A DNA stretch of 64,000 nucleotides from Eledone cirrhosa (lineage: Eukaryota): positions 189,286,001-189,350,000 of the forward strand of contig OZ024741.1 of assembly GCA_964016885.1 (NCBI GenBank). Direction: 5' to 3'. This document shows, in pieces, positions 1-12,548 of the stretch. Below the pieces are notes generated by a model that was not told the DNA's origin, made no database searches, and worked only from the letters and a program-made list of their open reading frames with translations. Position 1 is the stretch's first letter, and each line of letters begins with the position of its first letter. The position numbers and the translations under genes were made by a program.

Positions 1-59
1 AATTTTCATGATATAAATAAGATCAATAACAACAACAACAGACATACATTTTGACACTA

Positions 60-1130
60 ATACACAAACGTTGTTTGTCAGCATAGCATGCTTGTTGAAT
101 GTTTAGTCATGGCAAAAACACAGTCCAAAACAGACCAGTTGCTACATTGTGTCCAAAAGTATTGTATCTCCTTATTTGAAGAATATATTCAGAATCAGGC
201 AAAGAGAAACTGATTTACCCATGCCACATAAAGGCAAGGGGGACTTTCAATGTCTTCAAAATATGAATTGAAGGAAGCACTATCTGACAACTAAGCTAAG
301 ACTGTAAGTTTAGAAATGGGTAAAGTCAATGTGACCATTTACCTCACTTTCAAGAGCAAGGAGAAATTGAAGAGACAAGCAGAAATAGCATACAAAACCC
401 CTGATACCTGGATTGTACCCCCTCCATAGAATATGGGCAGTGTAAAAGTAACATCCAGAAGCATAGCAAATTACTTTAACCTCTGTGTCATATTTGCTCT
501 TGTTAAATAATTTGGGTGTGTAATAAGTGCCAAAGTAATGAGGTATGAAGCTCAGTATCGTCTTGCAAATTTACATGACTCCTCAGCACCATAAATCCAT
601 TCTAGAACTTTGTCCCATTTTGAGTGCAGAGACAGAACTGATAAGATTGACACTGCAGATCGGAAAGCCCTGTTGTTACACTTGTGGCAGCAAAAGCCAT
701 TCAAGGTCTTTCTACTCTGAGGGGCTGAAAACATGGCAAAATATTAAGCAAATTCCAGGGGCTATTGTTACTGTAACACCATCAGTCACATAACCTGTTC
801 GATTTCTAAAAATGACAGGAAAATCTGCTTCCTCCTTGGTTTCTGAAGCAGACAATGCTATTGCACCTCTTTCCAATCCTGAAATAGCAAAGGAAGCTAC
901 ATCATGTTAATTCTCAGAAGTGAAAGATGCCAACGTTTTTCCTCTAAAGGGTACCATCCCATTCATTGGTGATGATAAAGATGAAATGGAAGTTGAGGAA
1001 GGCCAGCAGACTGTTGTAACAGGAGTAGAGAAAAAATAAAATTAAAATAAAAAACACATCTGTCAGAAATCTTCAAAAGAAAAGGTGGGAAAGTGCAACG
1101 CACATTTGTCAGAGTCAATAACATTGGACT
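60..1130 (+). mobile_element. Decayed gag-like ORF1 relic of an L1/Tx1-type LINE
   Basis: ORF 545-793 contains CYTCGSKSHSRSFY, a broken CX2CX4HX4C zinc knuckle; the surrounding sequence is stop-ridden; boundaries approximate. Confidence 0.4.
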
Positions 1131-1136
1131 TGTTAA

Positions 1137-1344
1137 CTCTTTAGCAATTACATTACTCTATATTTACTATTATATTTTCACGGTGAAGGATTTACCGCCC
1201 ATAATATTGGATCTATGAGATTTTGATATTATTTATTTTGAGAACGATACCTTAATATCCGTATGAGCGGCCGGTTACAGCTAGTTTCAGCAGGAAGAGG
1301 TGAGAGAATTCTGGCCAGATACAGCCGGTTTAAATGCTAAAGGG
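1137..1344. mobile_element. piggyBac-like MITE
   Basis: TTAA at 1133-36 and 1345-48; termini ctctttagca / tgctaaaggg; related copies at 15773 and 59027. Confidence 0.75.
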
Positions 1345-1822
1345 TTAATGAAAGGTATGAATTACAGAAAAAAATCCCCACACAATATGTGAATGGACAC
1401 AGAAATATGGGATTGCTGTTACGAGCTCCCAGATTATAGTTTTACTTCAAATGACAAAAGAAGTATATGAAAAAGCATTTTTGTCCATAAGATGTGGGTG
1501 CTCTTATTGCTGAACCTACTGTAAAAATGTTTTCAGTGAATTTTAGTGATCCCTAAAAGTATATAATGTATGGTGGGGGAGCAGATATGTGGGGTGTTTT
1601 GAGTTGACTTACCTAGCGGGTTCTCATGTGTGTGGGTGCATAACCTGAGAATGTTTTTCATGTTTTATATCATGAGTTAATTATTGAGTACTTTATAATG
1701 TGTTTATACTTATTTCGTGTTTTATCAAATCTATTTGTCATTTGTAAATGGTCCTTGTCTCTATTCTCATTTTAATTAACTTTGTCCTTCAGAACATGTA
1801 CTGTAATCCCTATCATTTCCTT

Positions 1823-1907
1823 CATCATTTCCTTTTACATCCACTTTTCCCTGCTTGCAAGGGTGGGACAGGAACTGATTCTGGCTTGATTTCTACAGCT
1901 GGATCCC
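1823..1907 (-). mobile_element. SINE/RTE 3' tail fragment
   Basis: Matches the tail of the SINE at 46211-46557. Confidence 0.7.
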
Positions 1908-1920
1908 TACGTTTATAATA

Positions 1921-4160
1921 TTTGCTATGCAACTGGCAACAGAACGGGAGAATTCCCAGCTCTGTGAGCCGAGGAGCGGTGGCGCTGCTGAAAAAGGATC
2001 CGAACAAGGGGGTTAACATAGATAATTTCAGGCCCATAACTCTTCTAAACACAGAGTTCAAGATTTTGGCCAAGGTGCTAGCAAAGAGGTTGGCGCTTGT
2101 CGTTGGTGGTCTGGTGTAAGAGGCGCAAACATGTGCCATTCCTGACAGATCCATCCATGACAACCTCCACCTCATGCGATACATCGTGGAGCGGGTAGCT
2201 AGGGAACCTGGCACGGGTGGGTCCTTGATCAATTTAGATCAGTCAAAAGCTTTCGATAGGGTCGACCATCGTTATCTGGCGGCAGTCATGAGGGTGGCTG
2301 GCTTTGGGCCCATCTTCAGAGGCTGGATCACTGCCATGCACAGCGACATCTGCTCTGTGGTGAGAGTGAACGGTCACCTTTTGGAACCGTTCAACATCAT
2401 ACGCTCGGTCCGCCAAGGATGTCCCCTCTCGTCCCTCAAGCCATTACTGCACAAACTGGGGATGTTGAGGGGGCTCCCGCGCGAACTAGGATGCGGGAGA
2501 TCCGTGTCAGCATATGCGGACGATGTCACCGTAGTGGTGTCGAACGCCAAACACATCGAGGCAATCGGCACTACACTAAGAGAATACGAAGCGGTGACAG
2601 GAGCAATGATCAACCAGGAAAAGTCGGTGGGCCTGCAGCTCGGCACCTGGAGAGGCAGGTCCATGCCGTCCAACGACATCGTCGGGCGCTGGACGGACAG
2701 ACCACTTAAATTGTTAGGGGTCTGGTTCGGTCCGGACCTCCAGACGGACAAAAACTGGGACGAGGTGACGAGCAGGGTGGCTTCTCTCACCCAGAAATGG
2801 GCAGAGAGGAAGCTATCCCTGAAAGGTCGAGCGGAGGTGGCTAACACGTACATCGCATCCATCATCTACTACCGCCTGACTGTCGTGCCTTGTCCTAAGC
2901 CTCGCCTGACTGCGCTGGAGCGTTTGCTCTTTCGCTTTTTGTGGAAGGGATGCGCTCCGATGGTTAGGTGGTCCATCTGCTGTCAACACCCGCTACATGG
3001 AGGGCTGGGCATGCCATGGCTAATGATGCGCAGACACGCGCTCAGGCTATGACATCTCCACCTCTTCCTCGACGGTGATCAGGTGTGGTTGCCGTTTGCT
3101 AGATGCGTCTTTCCCAAGCTCATCTCCTTGACGGAGCTGCAGTCCTGGGTCAAGCAAAGACCAAGAGGGAGCGCTTGGAGACTGGAATGTCTTCAGGTGC
3201 TCACAGCACTCGACCAATCGGGCAATGTGATCGGTAGAAACTCCACATTGGCGTTCTATAGAGGATTAGTGAAGGGGAAGAGCGACGACGTACTTGGGGA
3301 AACTAGGCGTCGACGAAAATCAACTAGCCAATCTCTTTGGAGGAACTTTCGGGCCGGGGCCTATGGACAACTTCCAGAAATCCTTGGCCTGGCAGTGCTA
3401 CCAAGGAGCTTTGCCAGTTCGGGATAAACTCTACAGGCATGGAGGTGCCGTCAGCCGGACATGTCCGAGATGCGTGCAGGGCGACGAAACCGTCCTGTAT
3501 GCACTCATCCAGTGTCCGAGTATTGCTGACTTGTGGGTTTATGTCGAACACCTGCTGTTGCGTGTAGAATGGATCCGACTATCAGCTGAGTCCATCGTGA
3601 GGATTGCCCCGCCCTCTTCCTTTAGCCAGGAAGAGCAGGCAGTTTTTATCTGTCTGGTGGCATGGCGAAAGAGATAGTATTGTGGACGCGTCTGAAAGGG
3701 TTGAAGACGAGCACTTACCTCTTCAGTGATGTCCTGATTAACTTTTTCCAATTTCATTTGAAAAGGAAAATCAGGGTAGAGAGGGAGGTGCTCCCTTCCC
3801 AGCTTTTTGTTGAAAGATGGGTGAGAGAAGCAAGTATGGCCCGAGTGAGTGGACCTACTCTGAGTATATGCCTGTAAATTGAAGGTAGAAAACTGGGAGA
3901 GGACAATTGCCCTGATGGTCGGGGTCACCGTGGCTTTTTTAATGGGCTTTCTCCTTGATGGCCCTCGGAGGTCTCCCCCCATTGGGAAATTTTTTCATCG
4001 TTCTATTATTATATCCTCTGTTTTTTTTTGTTTTTTACACGCAGAAATGCCCATTTGTACCGTCCTGTATTGTCCTGTACTGTCCTTAATGTCTACTTTG
4101 TGTAAACCCTTGTGGTTAATAAAGAAAGCATTATTATAATCTTCATCATCATTATTATTA
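1921..4160 (+). mobile_element. 5'-truncated L1/Tx1-clade LINE (RT, zf-RVT-like C-terminus, 3'UTR, (TTA)n tail), inactivated
   Basis: NFRPITLLNTEFKILAK, LDQSKAFDRV, VRQGCPLS, AYADD, CPRC..ETV..ALIQCP; stops at 2117 and 3050 plus frameshifts. Confidence 0.9.
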
Positions 4161-5014
4161 TTATTGTTGTTGTTGTTGTTAATATCTATTTATTTGCATG
4201 CACTGTGTATGGATTTACTAATGAGAGATGTAAAAATATATACTTTCTTCCCATCTTATTTGAAATGTGAAAGCAGGAACCAACAAAGAAATATCTAAGT
4301 TCTCGTTCAAATGCTAGAAATAGCAATGAAATCTTCCTAATATCATGACCTAATGTCTTAAAATAAGACATTTATCTATCTACCTATTTTGTCTCTCTTT
4401 CTCTTCTTCACTCAATCTATTTTTGTATCGCTCGCTATTGCCTCCCTTTGTTTTTGCCACTGCTACTACTGTTACTTCTGCCTACTGTTGCTGCTGTTCC
4501 CTTATGAATAGCAAACAACCTCTTCTTTTGCCGATCACAGCTTGACATGAACGTACTTCACTACTCTCTTGTTCCTCTATTGTAGTATTTGAACAACATA
4601 AATTTAATTTCTGTTGCGTGGGCAATACTTCAAGACATAGTCCTTCCTTCTGCAAGAAATTATGCATAAGTATTGTGGGAAGCTGACGATTCAGATGATG
4701 CTAAAGTTCCTTTTTTCTTGTTAGTTTATTCTCTTCATCTTTCTATACATCTTTGTTTTTCTCCATAAGTCCTGCCCTATCATTTTCGTCCCCATTTTTC
4801 TCCTCTCCTCTTCCCTCTCTCATTTCACTTTAGTCTCTCTTTTTTCCTCTCTCACCCTGTCTTCATTCGATTTGAGGTTATATCTTAACAAAAAAATGTT
4901 TGCTATACATATAGTATCCAGCTGTTTACGACCACCCTTCACGCTAAGAATACTCCAACTTTATGACTTCATATACACTCAACGCTTCAAATTTTTCGAT
5001 TAATGTTGACATAT

Positions 5015-5193
5015 CATCATCATCATCATCATCATCAACGTTTAACGTCCGTGTTCCACGCTTGCATGGGTTTGGACGGGGGTAGTCCCACTTGAGGCAA
5101 GAGTGATTGTCTTGCTCGCATAGGACTGTCTGGCAGGTTTTCTACAGTTGGATGCCCTTCCTAACACCAACCACATTTACAGTGTGGGTCTGG
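5015..5193 (-). mobile_element. RTE family B 3'UTR fragment
   Basis: Near-identical to 33621-33777; (CAT)n tail. Confidence 0.85.
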
Positions 5194-5209
5194 ATATATA
5201 TATATATTT

Positions 5210-7190
5210 GTTTTGCAAGGTTTTTGATATGATATCGTGTGTCGAAACAAATATTGTTATACTTGGGGCGGGTCATATTGTTGTAATAATATTGCCAGAA
5301 TTAATAACAGAACACACTCACTGTTTGGTTGGTTTTCGCTTCTGTATCTTTTATCTTTTATATCAGTTAATTCATTCGGTCCTCAATGTGTACCATTGAC
5401 TGACCAACGGTCAAAAAATACAGATATAATATAGATATAAACACATATATATAGTCTAACAAAGTTCTTTCGTTGCACATCTACAACACGTCAGTGGTGC
5501 TATTATGTTCCCCCTGTTGTATTGTATATCTATGCCATCATTATTTAATGTTTATTTATTTATTTATTTTTGTCTTCTTCTCTGTGCATGCGTTTGCATG
5601 TGTGTATAGTGTTTGGTGTGAGTTCGCGTTTGGGTGACTGTGTTTTGGTTATTGTATTCTATCTTAGTTTACTAGTGTGTGTTTATATGTGTTTGTTGTT
5701 ATTGTGCTTGTGTATATATTTATTTATTTATTTATTTATTTATTTATATTTCTCTTAAGTCGGTATTGTTTGTTTGGGTGTTGTTATTCCATTCATTTTT
5801 TTCTGTTTAGCTTTGGCCTTCTAAGCTCTATTTCACTTGCTTCTCTGATTTGCCTATCTGCTGGGTCATTTCTATGTTTAGATATTATTTTAATTTCTAT
5901 GTTGTCTATGTTACCGTCATGTTGTTGTCTGGCGTGTTCGTATAGTACTGAACCGTTTTTTCATCCTTTTAGTTCCCCTCAGTGTTGTTCTATCCTTTCA
6001 CCTATGCTACGAGCTGTCTTGGATATGTATGTTGTTGTCATGTTTCTGCGAGTACCCTCTGTACATCTTATGCTATAGACGTTTCTAGTTTTACAGTTTA
6101 GCCGGGGGTTTACTTTACATATAATACATTTCCTATTAGTACAGTCAGTTTTCTTAAAAAAGTAGGTTTTGCTGATCAGGGATTTATGGTAGTTCTTGGC
6201 TTTTCTACCACCTTAATCTTTAAGTGGGTCTTTCGCAGGGTCTTTGTACACTGGTTAGCTAATTTCCCTCCAGGGGTAGCATCCATGAACATGACGCTCT
6301 GGTATCTCTGGTTGTCGTACCATGAGGTGGCTTTCCCTATCTTATGTTTAGTCCTATCTAAGCTATTCCATGATTTGCTCCTGTATAATGGGCAAATTCC
6401 TTTCATGTCCAGTTCTATGAGGGTCTTATACTTCTCTGTGGCTCCTTCGTATACTCTGATTCTGTCTCTTTGATTGTAGCCAGAGAACTGCATGCGGTTG
6501 ATGAAGTCTTGGATGTGTCTTTCCATTTCTGTTGGATAGCACATGCGGGACACGTTCTTCATCACTCGTACCAAGTCTGCGATCAGAATATTAAACTTAG
6601 CACTACTGGACATTGCTGAGTTTTTGGTTATCAGGTATTTGGAGTCCATGGGTTTAGCGTAGTGTGAGTGCAGAATTTGGGCCCTCTCGTCTATAGTGTT
6701 AATCCAGAGTTCCATGTCTAATACAGGTAGTCTACTGTTAGGGTGTTTGGAAGGGTAGTCGATAGTTACAGTTATACTCTGGTGTATGGAATTAGCTATC
6801 TGCTGGATGCTTTCCATTGTGCTACATTCTAAATCATACTTGTTAGTACTCTATTTGTGGGGGTGTCCTTATTACTATATTAATGTCGTCTACATAACAA
6901 GAGTACATGATGAGGTCTATGGAGCTCTCATCAAGGAGATCTTTGAGTCTCCTTTCCCACCATACCATAAAAAGGTTGGCAACATCACCAACTATGCTGA
7001 TGCCAATGGCTGCTCCCTCATTTTGGGTGTAGATCTTCTCATTGAATTTGAATATGTGGCCCTTTAGGGTAGTTTTAATATTAGCCCCTATTGCATGCGC
7101 GACCATTTTTCTTACCTGATCATTGTTTTTATCATTGGGATAAGAGGCTCTGCTAAAGTACTGGCTGGTCTGTGATGACATGTCCAACCC
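5210..7190 (-). mobile_element. Decayed Penelope-like element (RT C-terminus plus GIY-YIG endonuclease)
   Basis: ORFs 6843-7187 (YTQNEGAAIG, YVDD) and 6176-6817 (LPVLDM, HYAKPM); 5770-6090 on - reads NVYSIRC..TYISKTARSIGERIEQH..RQIREA..LNRKNEW; (TA)n on both sides. Confidence 0.85.
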
Positions 7191-7317
7191 TTACTAGCAG
7201 AGAAAATGGATGCTAAAGGAGTATTATGCATATATATATATATATATATATTAATAAGGTAATGAATTCTTTTACAATGGAATCAGCTCGAAGGAGGAAA
7301 ATACCCCCTGAGCAGTG

Positions 7318-7776
7318 TATAAATTAATATGTATGTGATGAAACACAGATACCAACACATCTGTATATATATTGCAAAAGAAAAATTTAGCCAGATTGAA
7401 GTATACTAATTATTATACTACAGTTTGTCCATATCGATTTAAAATAATAAATCAACGACAGCGAACTGTATTGCCAAGAGGCCGTGATGTTTAGACACAT
7501 TTAAATTTCAAAATCAAACCTGTTCCGTAGATAAGTTTAAACATATTTGGATCTTAAAGTTTAAACTTATCTACGGAACAGGTTTGATTTTGAAATTTAA
7601 ATGTGTCTAAACATCACGGCCTCTTGGCAATACAGTTCGCTGTCGTTGATTTATTATTTTAAATCGATATGGACAAACTGTAGTATAATAATTAGTATAC
7701 TTCAATCTGGCTAAATTTTTCTTTTGCAATATATATACAGATGTGTTGGTATCTGTGTTTCATCACATACATATTA

Positions 7777-7783
<7 letters not shown>
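7318..7783. repeat. Perfect inverted repeat, 225-bp arms, 16-nt spacer, between (TA)n tracts
   Basis: 7318-7542 is the reverse complement of 7559-7783. Confidence 0.95.
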
Positions 7784-7813
<30 letters not shown>

Positions 7814-8311
7814 ACTCCATTTCAAATTTCATACACACACACATACTGGTTCTTCATATCATTGCTCTCTCTTCTATTCACCACTTTGCTAATGCTACCT
7901 TGAATGAATGGAGACCAAGTTCTGTAGTGAATAGTATTTGAGTTCCAAGAGCCAAGGCAACCTTATTATTGCTAGTGCCTCAATAAAATGCACCCAGTCC
8001 ACTCTGTCAAGTGCTTGATGTTAGGAATTATAGAAATTATTCAAGAATGGACCTTACAAGTGGTACATGGTCCTCTAATTCATCTAAAAGAACAGTAACT
8101 TTCAAACTGACACAGACTGTAACAGCTCATCTAACTCATGCCTACTATATTCATACATGGAAAGGAATAGATCTCTGTTGGTTTTGACGATGAGTGTTTC
8201 AATTGTTTGATTAACACAACAACCTGTTCATGAAATTTCCTGAACATTCAACAAACACTTGTACCCTTAACATAATTCTCAGGGAGATTTAGCATGATAT
8301 AGTATGTGACA

Positions 8312-8597
8312 GTGGAGGCACGTGGCCTAGTGGTAAGGGTGTTGGACTTACGATCATAACATTGTGGGTTTGATTCCTGGGTTGCGTGTTGTGTTCTTGA
8401 ACAAAAGACTTCATTTCACGTTGCTCCAATATACTCAGCTGAAAATGAGTACCAGCAATAGCTGGAGGTTTAACCCTGCGATGGACTGGCGTCCTGTCCA
8501 CAGGAGAGTCTTGTACTCTCAGTCGCTTCATGCCATGAAACCGGGATAAGCACTGGTCAAATGACCCTTCTGGCTTAGGACAGACTTAAGACATTTT
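8312..8597 (+). mobile_element. tRNA-derived SINE with 12-bp TSD
   Basis: A-box-like tggcctagtgg and B-box-like ggtttgattcc; TSD tagtatgtgaca at 8300-8311 and 8598-8609. Confidence 0.85.
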
Positions 8598-9441
8598 TAG
8601 TATGTGACAAGGCTGGCCCTTTGAATTAGAAGTATTGTCCATCCAATATGCCTCCAAACAGTTTTTATCTATTCAGCTTCATTCATGAGAATTGGGTCAA
8701 TCCAAGGTACATCCCAGTGGGATCAAATTTGGGATTTTAGTGATTATGAAATGAACTTCTTAACGATATGGCCATGCTGTACCCTGACACACACACTCAT
8801 GTGTCCTCTAGCATACATAGCCTTTTTTGTTGTAATCATTCAATAAATGTAAAGAACTTACATCTAAATTAACCATTTAGCTGCTTTGCATCTTACAATC
8901 TTTTAAAAATGGATTTCTAGAACTTATAGCATTAATTTCTATTTGTTGCACATTAAATCTTAATGTCTTTTGCTTCTCTGACAACTACCACTTGCTGCTA
9001 TGTGTTGCTAGCATTGCCAAAGTGTGTGTGTGTGTGGGGGGGGGGTTATTTTCTCCTGAATTAGTGTCATCATTTTATGAGAATTTTTAGTATATATATT
9101 TATGTTTTTGTTGTATTGTAGTTGTTGTTGTACTGTTGTTGTTGTTGTGCTGCTGTTGTATTGTTTTTTATGTTATTATTCTTACTGATACTTTTATATT
9201 CTCTATGACAAATAAGACAATATGAGAACAGTTTGTTTACTTTTTGTTTATTTTTCTCTTTCATCTCATCCAGGCATAATTAAATTATTTAACACCTTTT
9301 GTTCATAAGATATATTACTTTATTTGTTTGCCTGTCTTTGTATCTGTGTGTTATTTTCTGTCTTTGTGTATGATTGTGTGTTTCTATCTTTGTGTGTCTC
9401 TGTGTGTCTGTCTGTATGTCATTATGTGTCTTATGTCTTAT

Positions 9442-9827
9442 AGGGCGGTGGATTGGCAGTATCGGTAGAGAGTCGAACGCCATGCTTTGATGCATAATTA
9501 CGGCCCTTGCCATTCTGAGTTCAAATCCCGCCGAGGTTTTAACTTTGCCTTTCATCCTTATGGGGTTGATGAAATAAAGTACCAATAATGTACTGGGTAA
9601 TTGCTGGCCTTGTGCCTAAAGTAGAAACAATTATTAGGGCGGTGGATTGGCAGTATCGGTGGAGGGTCGGATGCCATGCTTTGACGCATAGAGTTACGGC
9701 CCTTGCCATTCTGAGTTCAAATCCCGCCGAGGTTAACTTTGCCTTTCATCCTTACAGGGTCAATAAAATAAAGTACCAGTAATACACTGGGTAATTGCTG
9801 GCCTTGTGCCTAACGTAGAAACAATTA
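9442..9827 (+). mobile_element. Tandem dimer of SINE family 2
   Basis: Two ~190-bp units agggcggtggattggcag...gagttcaaatccc...gcctttcatcc...gtagaaacaatta. Confidence 0.85.
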
Positions 9828-10299
9828 TGTGTTTGTGTATTTTTGAATGTTGTTGTGTCTTTGAATGTCTATGTGTCATTGTGTGTCTGTCTATGTTATT
9901 GTGTCTTTCTGAATCTGTGTGTTATTGTGTGTCTTTGTGTGGGATTGTATGCCTGTGTGTGTTTGTGTAATTGTGTATATGTGTATGTTATTATGTCTGT
10001 CATTGTCTGTCTGTGTGTGTCATTGTGTTTCTGTGTATCTTTCTGTATCTGTGTCATTGAGAATCAATAGTATGTATGTGTGTCTTTGTGTGTCTCTTCT
10101 GTTATCTCTTTGTTTTGATATTTATTTGATTTGTTCTTTCTAAACTAATGTCGATGTTAGTCTTAAAAATAGTCACAAAAGAGTCACTGATGTCAGACTT
10201 AAAAGCAGTCACTCTGTTAATGTTGTGTCTTAAACACAGTCACTCTCTGTTAATATTGATGTAAGTGTTAAAGGCACTCACTCACTCACTCCTTTTCTC

Positions 10300-10337
10300 T
10301 CTCCTCTCTCTTTCTCTCTCCTCTCTCTCTCTCTCTC

Positions 10338-10411
<74 letters not shown>
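10300..10411. repeat. (CT)n microsatellite
   Basis: Seen directly. Confidence 0.95.
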
Positions 10412-10414
<3 letters not shown>

Positions 10415-12100
10415 GTCAGTCTTAAACACAGCACCTCTCTTTTACTGTTGATATCAATCATTAAGACAGTCACTATGTCGATGTGACTTCTTCACCCTGA
10501 TCATGAGATATTCCAGAACAACTAGAAGTGCAAATTAATGCTTTATTCCTCATACAACTTCAATCTGTAATCTCAAAACCTTTCACTGATTTACCTGTGA
10601 TTCTGTTGCTGTAGAATGCACATGATGCCACAAACAATACCTGGAAGATATCAACCACCACAAACTGGGAGACTTTCATCCATTAGTCTGATACTTATAA
10701 AATTACCCTAAAAATGTAAAGGATACCTCTGTATACAAAATACCCTACAAGTTCTCCCATCTCGCAAATACTGAGTGCTCACGTAGTCAGAAATGACGAG
10801 GAAAAGTAGTTTCAATTGACTAGAGTTTAGTATGTTACTTTTGCTCATTTTATTGCTGCTGAAATGATAAAAGGCAAAGTTGACCTCAGTGGGATTTGAA
10901 ATCAAAACATAAAGAGTCAAAACTAAATACTGCTCAGTATTGTAGTTCACTAGGAGACCAAGGATTAAGTTTAAAAGTTGAAGAAAATAAATTCAGTTAA
11001 TCCAGTCTAGACTATTTCAGAACAAATTTTGCTTCATGAGGACAGCAACTGAAACAGTCAAGGTGGGTATTTAAGCAGTGTTTCCCTGAAGCCAGTTATG
11101 AGAGTATATTCTGCTTCTCCAAGTTACGCAGCTGGTAAAATTTCATCCCATTGACATAGAGGTGGGGTGGATTTTTCTCTATCCTCCATTTAATGGAGAA
11201 CCCTGTGCCATTATGTTTGAGGTTCCACATATGGTTCATGAGTTGAGTGGTATGTTATTTTGTCAGAATGTCTGAAGGTTGTTTCATGGTTCAGGAAATG
11301 GCTTTTGAACTTGCTCTCAGACATTCCTACATAAGTTCAGACTTTAGTTTGGTGGTTCTTGTTGGTGAAGATCACTTCTGCTTCATATATAACTGCTAGC
11401 GTGTTGATCCAGGGGCATGTCTCTGGCCTTCTGCTTGAGCATCTGTAAGGTGCAAGGCTTTTACGTTTGTTGGTGATATAGGATTTTATGTTATTAGTAG
11501 AAGAGTAGTCTGTTGTTACTGTATGGCAGTTGAATATTTGTCAGTACTACAGGGAAGTGAAAATCTAGGAGGGCTAGGAATTTTCTACCTACATTAGTCT
11601 TCACACTAAGTGCGAATGGTGGCGCAAACCACAAGACAACTTTATGTCTAAATTTTTTTCTTACTAGATATAGGGTGGTGATCTGGAGAGTAAGTGATTC
11701 TCTCGGAAAAGCCGCTGTTGCTTAGGGCTGAGTTGTAGTAGGGGGCTGCCTTGTCAAATAGCTTTTGCTAGAAGAGAGGTTGGATATACTCTAACTAATG
11801 TTATTAAGGAGATTTTTAAAAGCTATAAGTTAGTCTTTATGAATGTACCTAATTTTTTTACTGGGTTTGTGGAATGGTCTGTATGTGTACACACACACAC
11901 ATGCACACTAACTTTCGCTCACAAAGTATTATACAACCTGGGGCTACAATAGAAGACACTTGCCCAAGATATTGTATTATGGGATTGAATCGGGAAGCAT
12001 GTATTGTTTATTTTTATATTTATTTGTTTTTGTTTGTTTCTTCTTTTTTTATATCTTTGTCTTTTGTGTAGTTTGATAATTTCCCTTGTGTTTTTTACAG

Positions 12101-12259
12101 TGCCAAAGATGAACTGGACTCTACAGAACTGATGTTTCTCTTGACTGGTGGTGTTGGTTTGGAGAACAAACTTTTCAACCCAGATAACACATGGTTGTCT
12201 GACAAATCATGGGATGAAATCTGCAGACTGACAGATATGAAGTCTTTCAAAGGATTTAG
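12101..12259 (+). CDS. DNAH12: Axonemal dynein heavy chain exon (AKDELD..FLLTGGVGLEN..WLSDKSWDEICRL..KGFR)
   Basis: ttttttacag acceptor, gtaatt donor; 159 nt, phase 2/2; dynein heavy-chain motifs. Confidence 0.9.
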
Positions 12260-12548
12260 GTAATTATGATTCATAAAATAACAATAACATTAACATTCAT
12301 AAAGAACTCAAGAATGGCTGGTGGGGATAGGTTATCACACAACCTGCCAAGTAGTCAGGGCTTTATATCTGACATTGGCACTGCACTGTCTCAAGAGAGT
12401 TCAGTCTATTTAGCTATAAGTAGACACATAGTTCACTGTATTCTGAGCAGATCCCTCCATGGGAGTTGAAGCATGTAACTATTGCTTACAGGGCAACTGT
12501 GTTACTAATTACACAAAGTAGCCTTTGAATAATTTTGACTAGTGTAAT

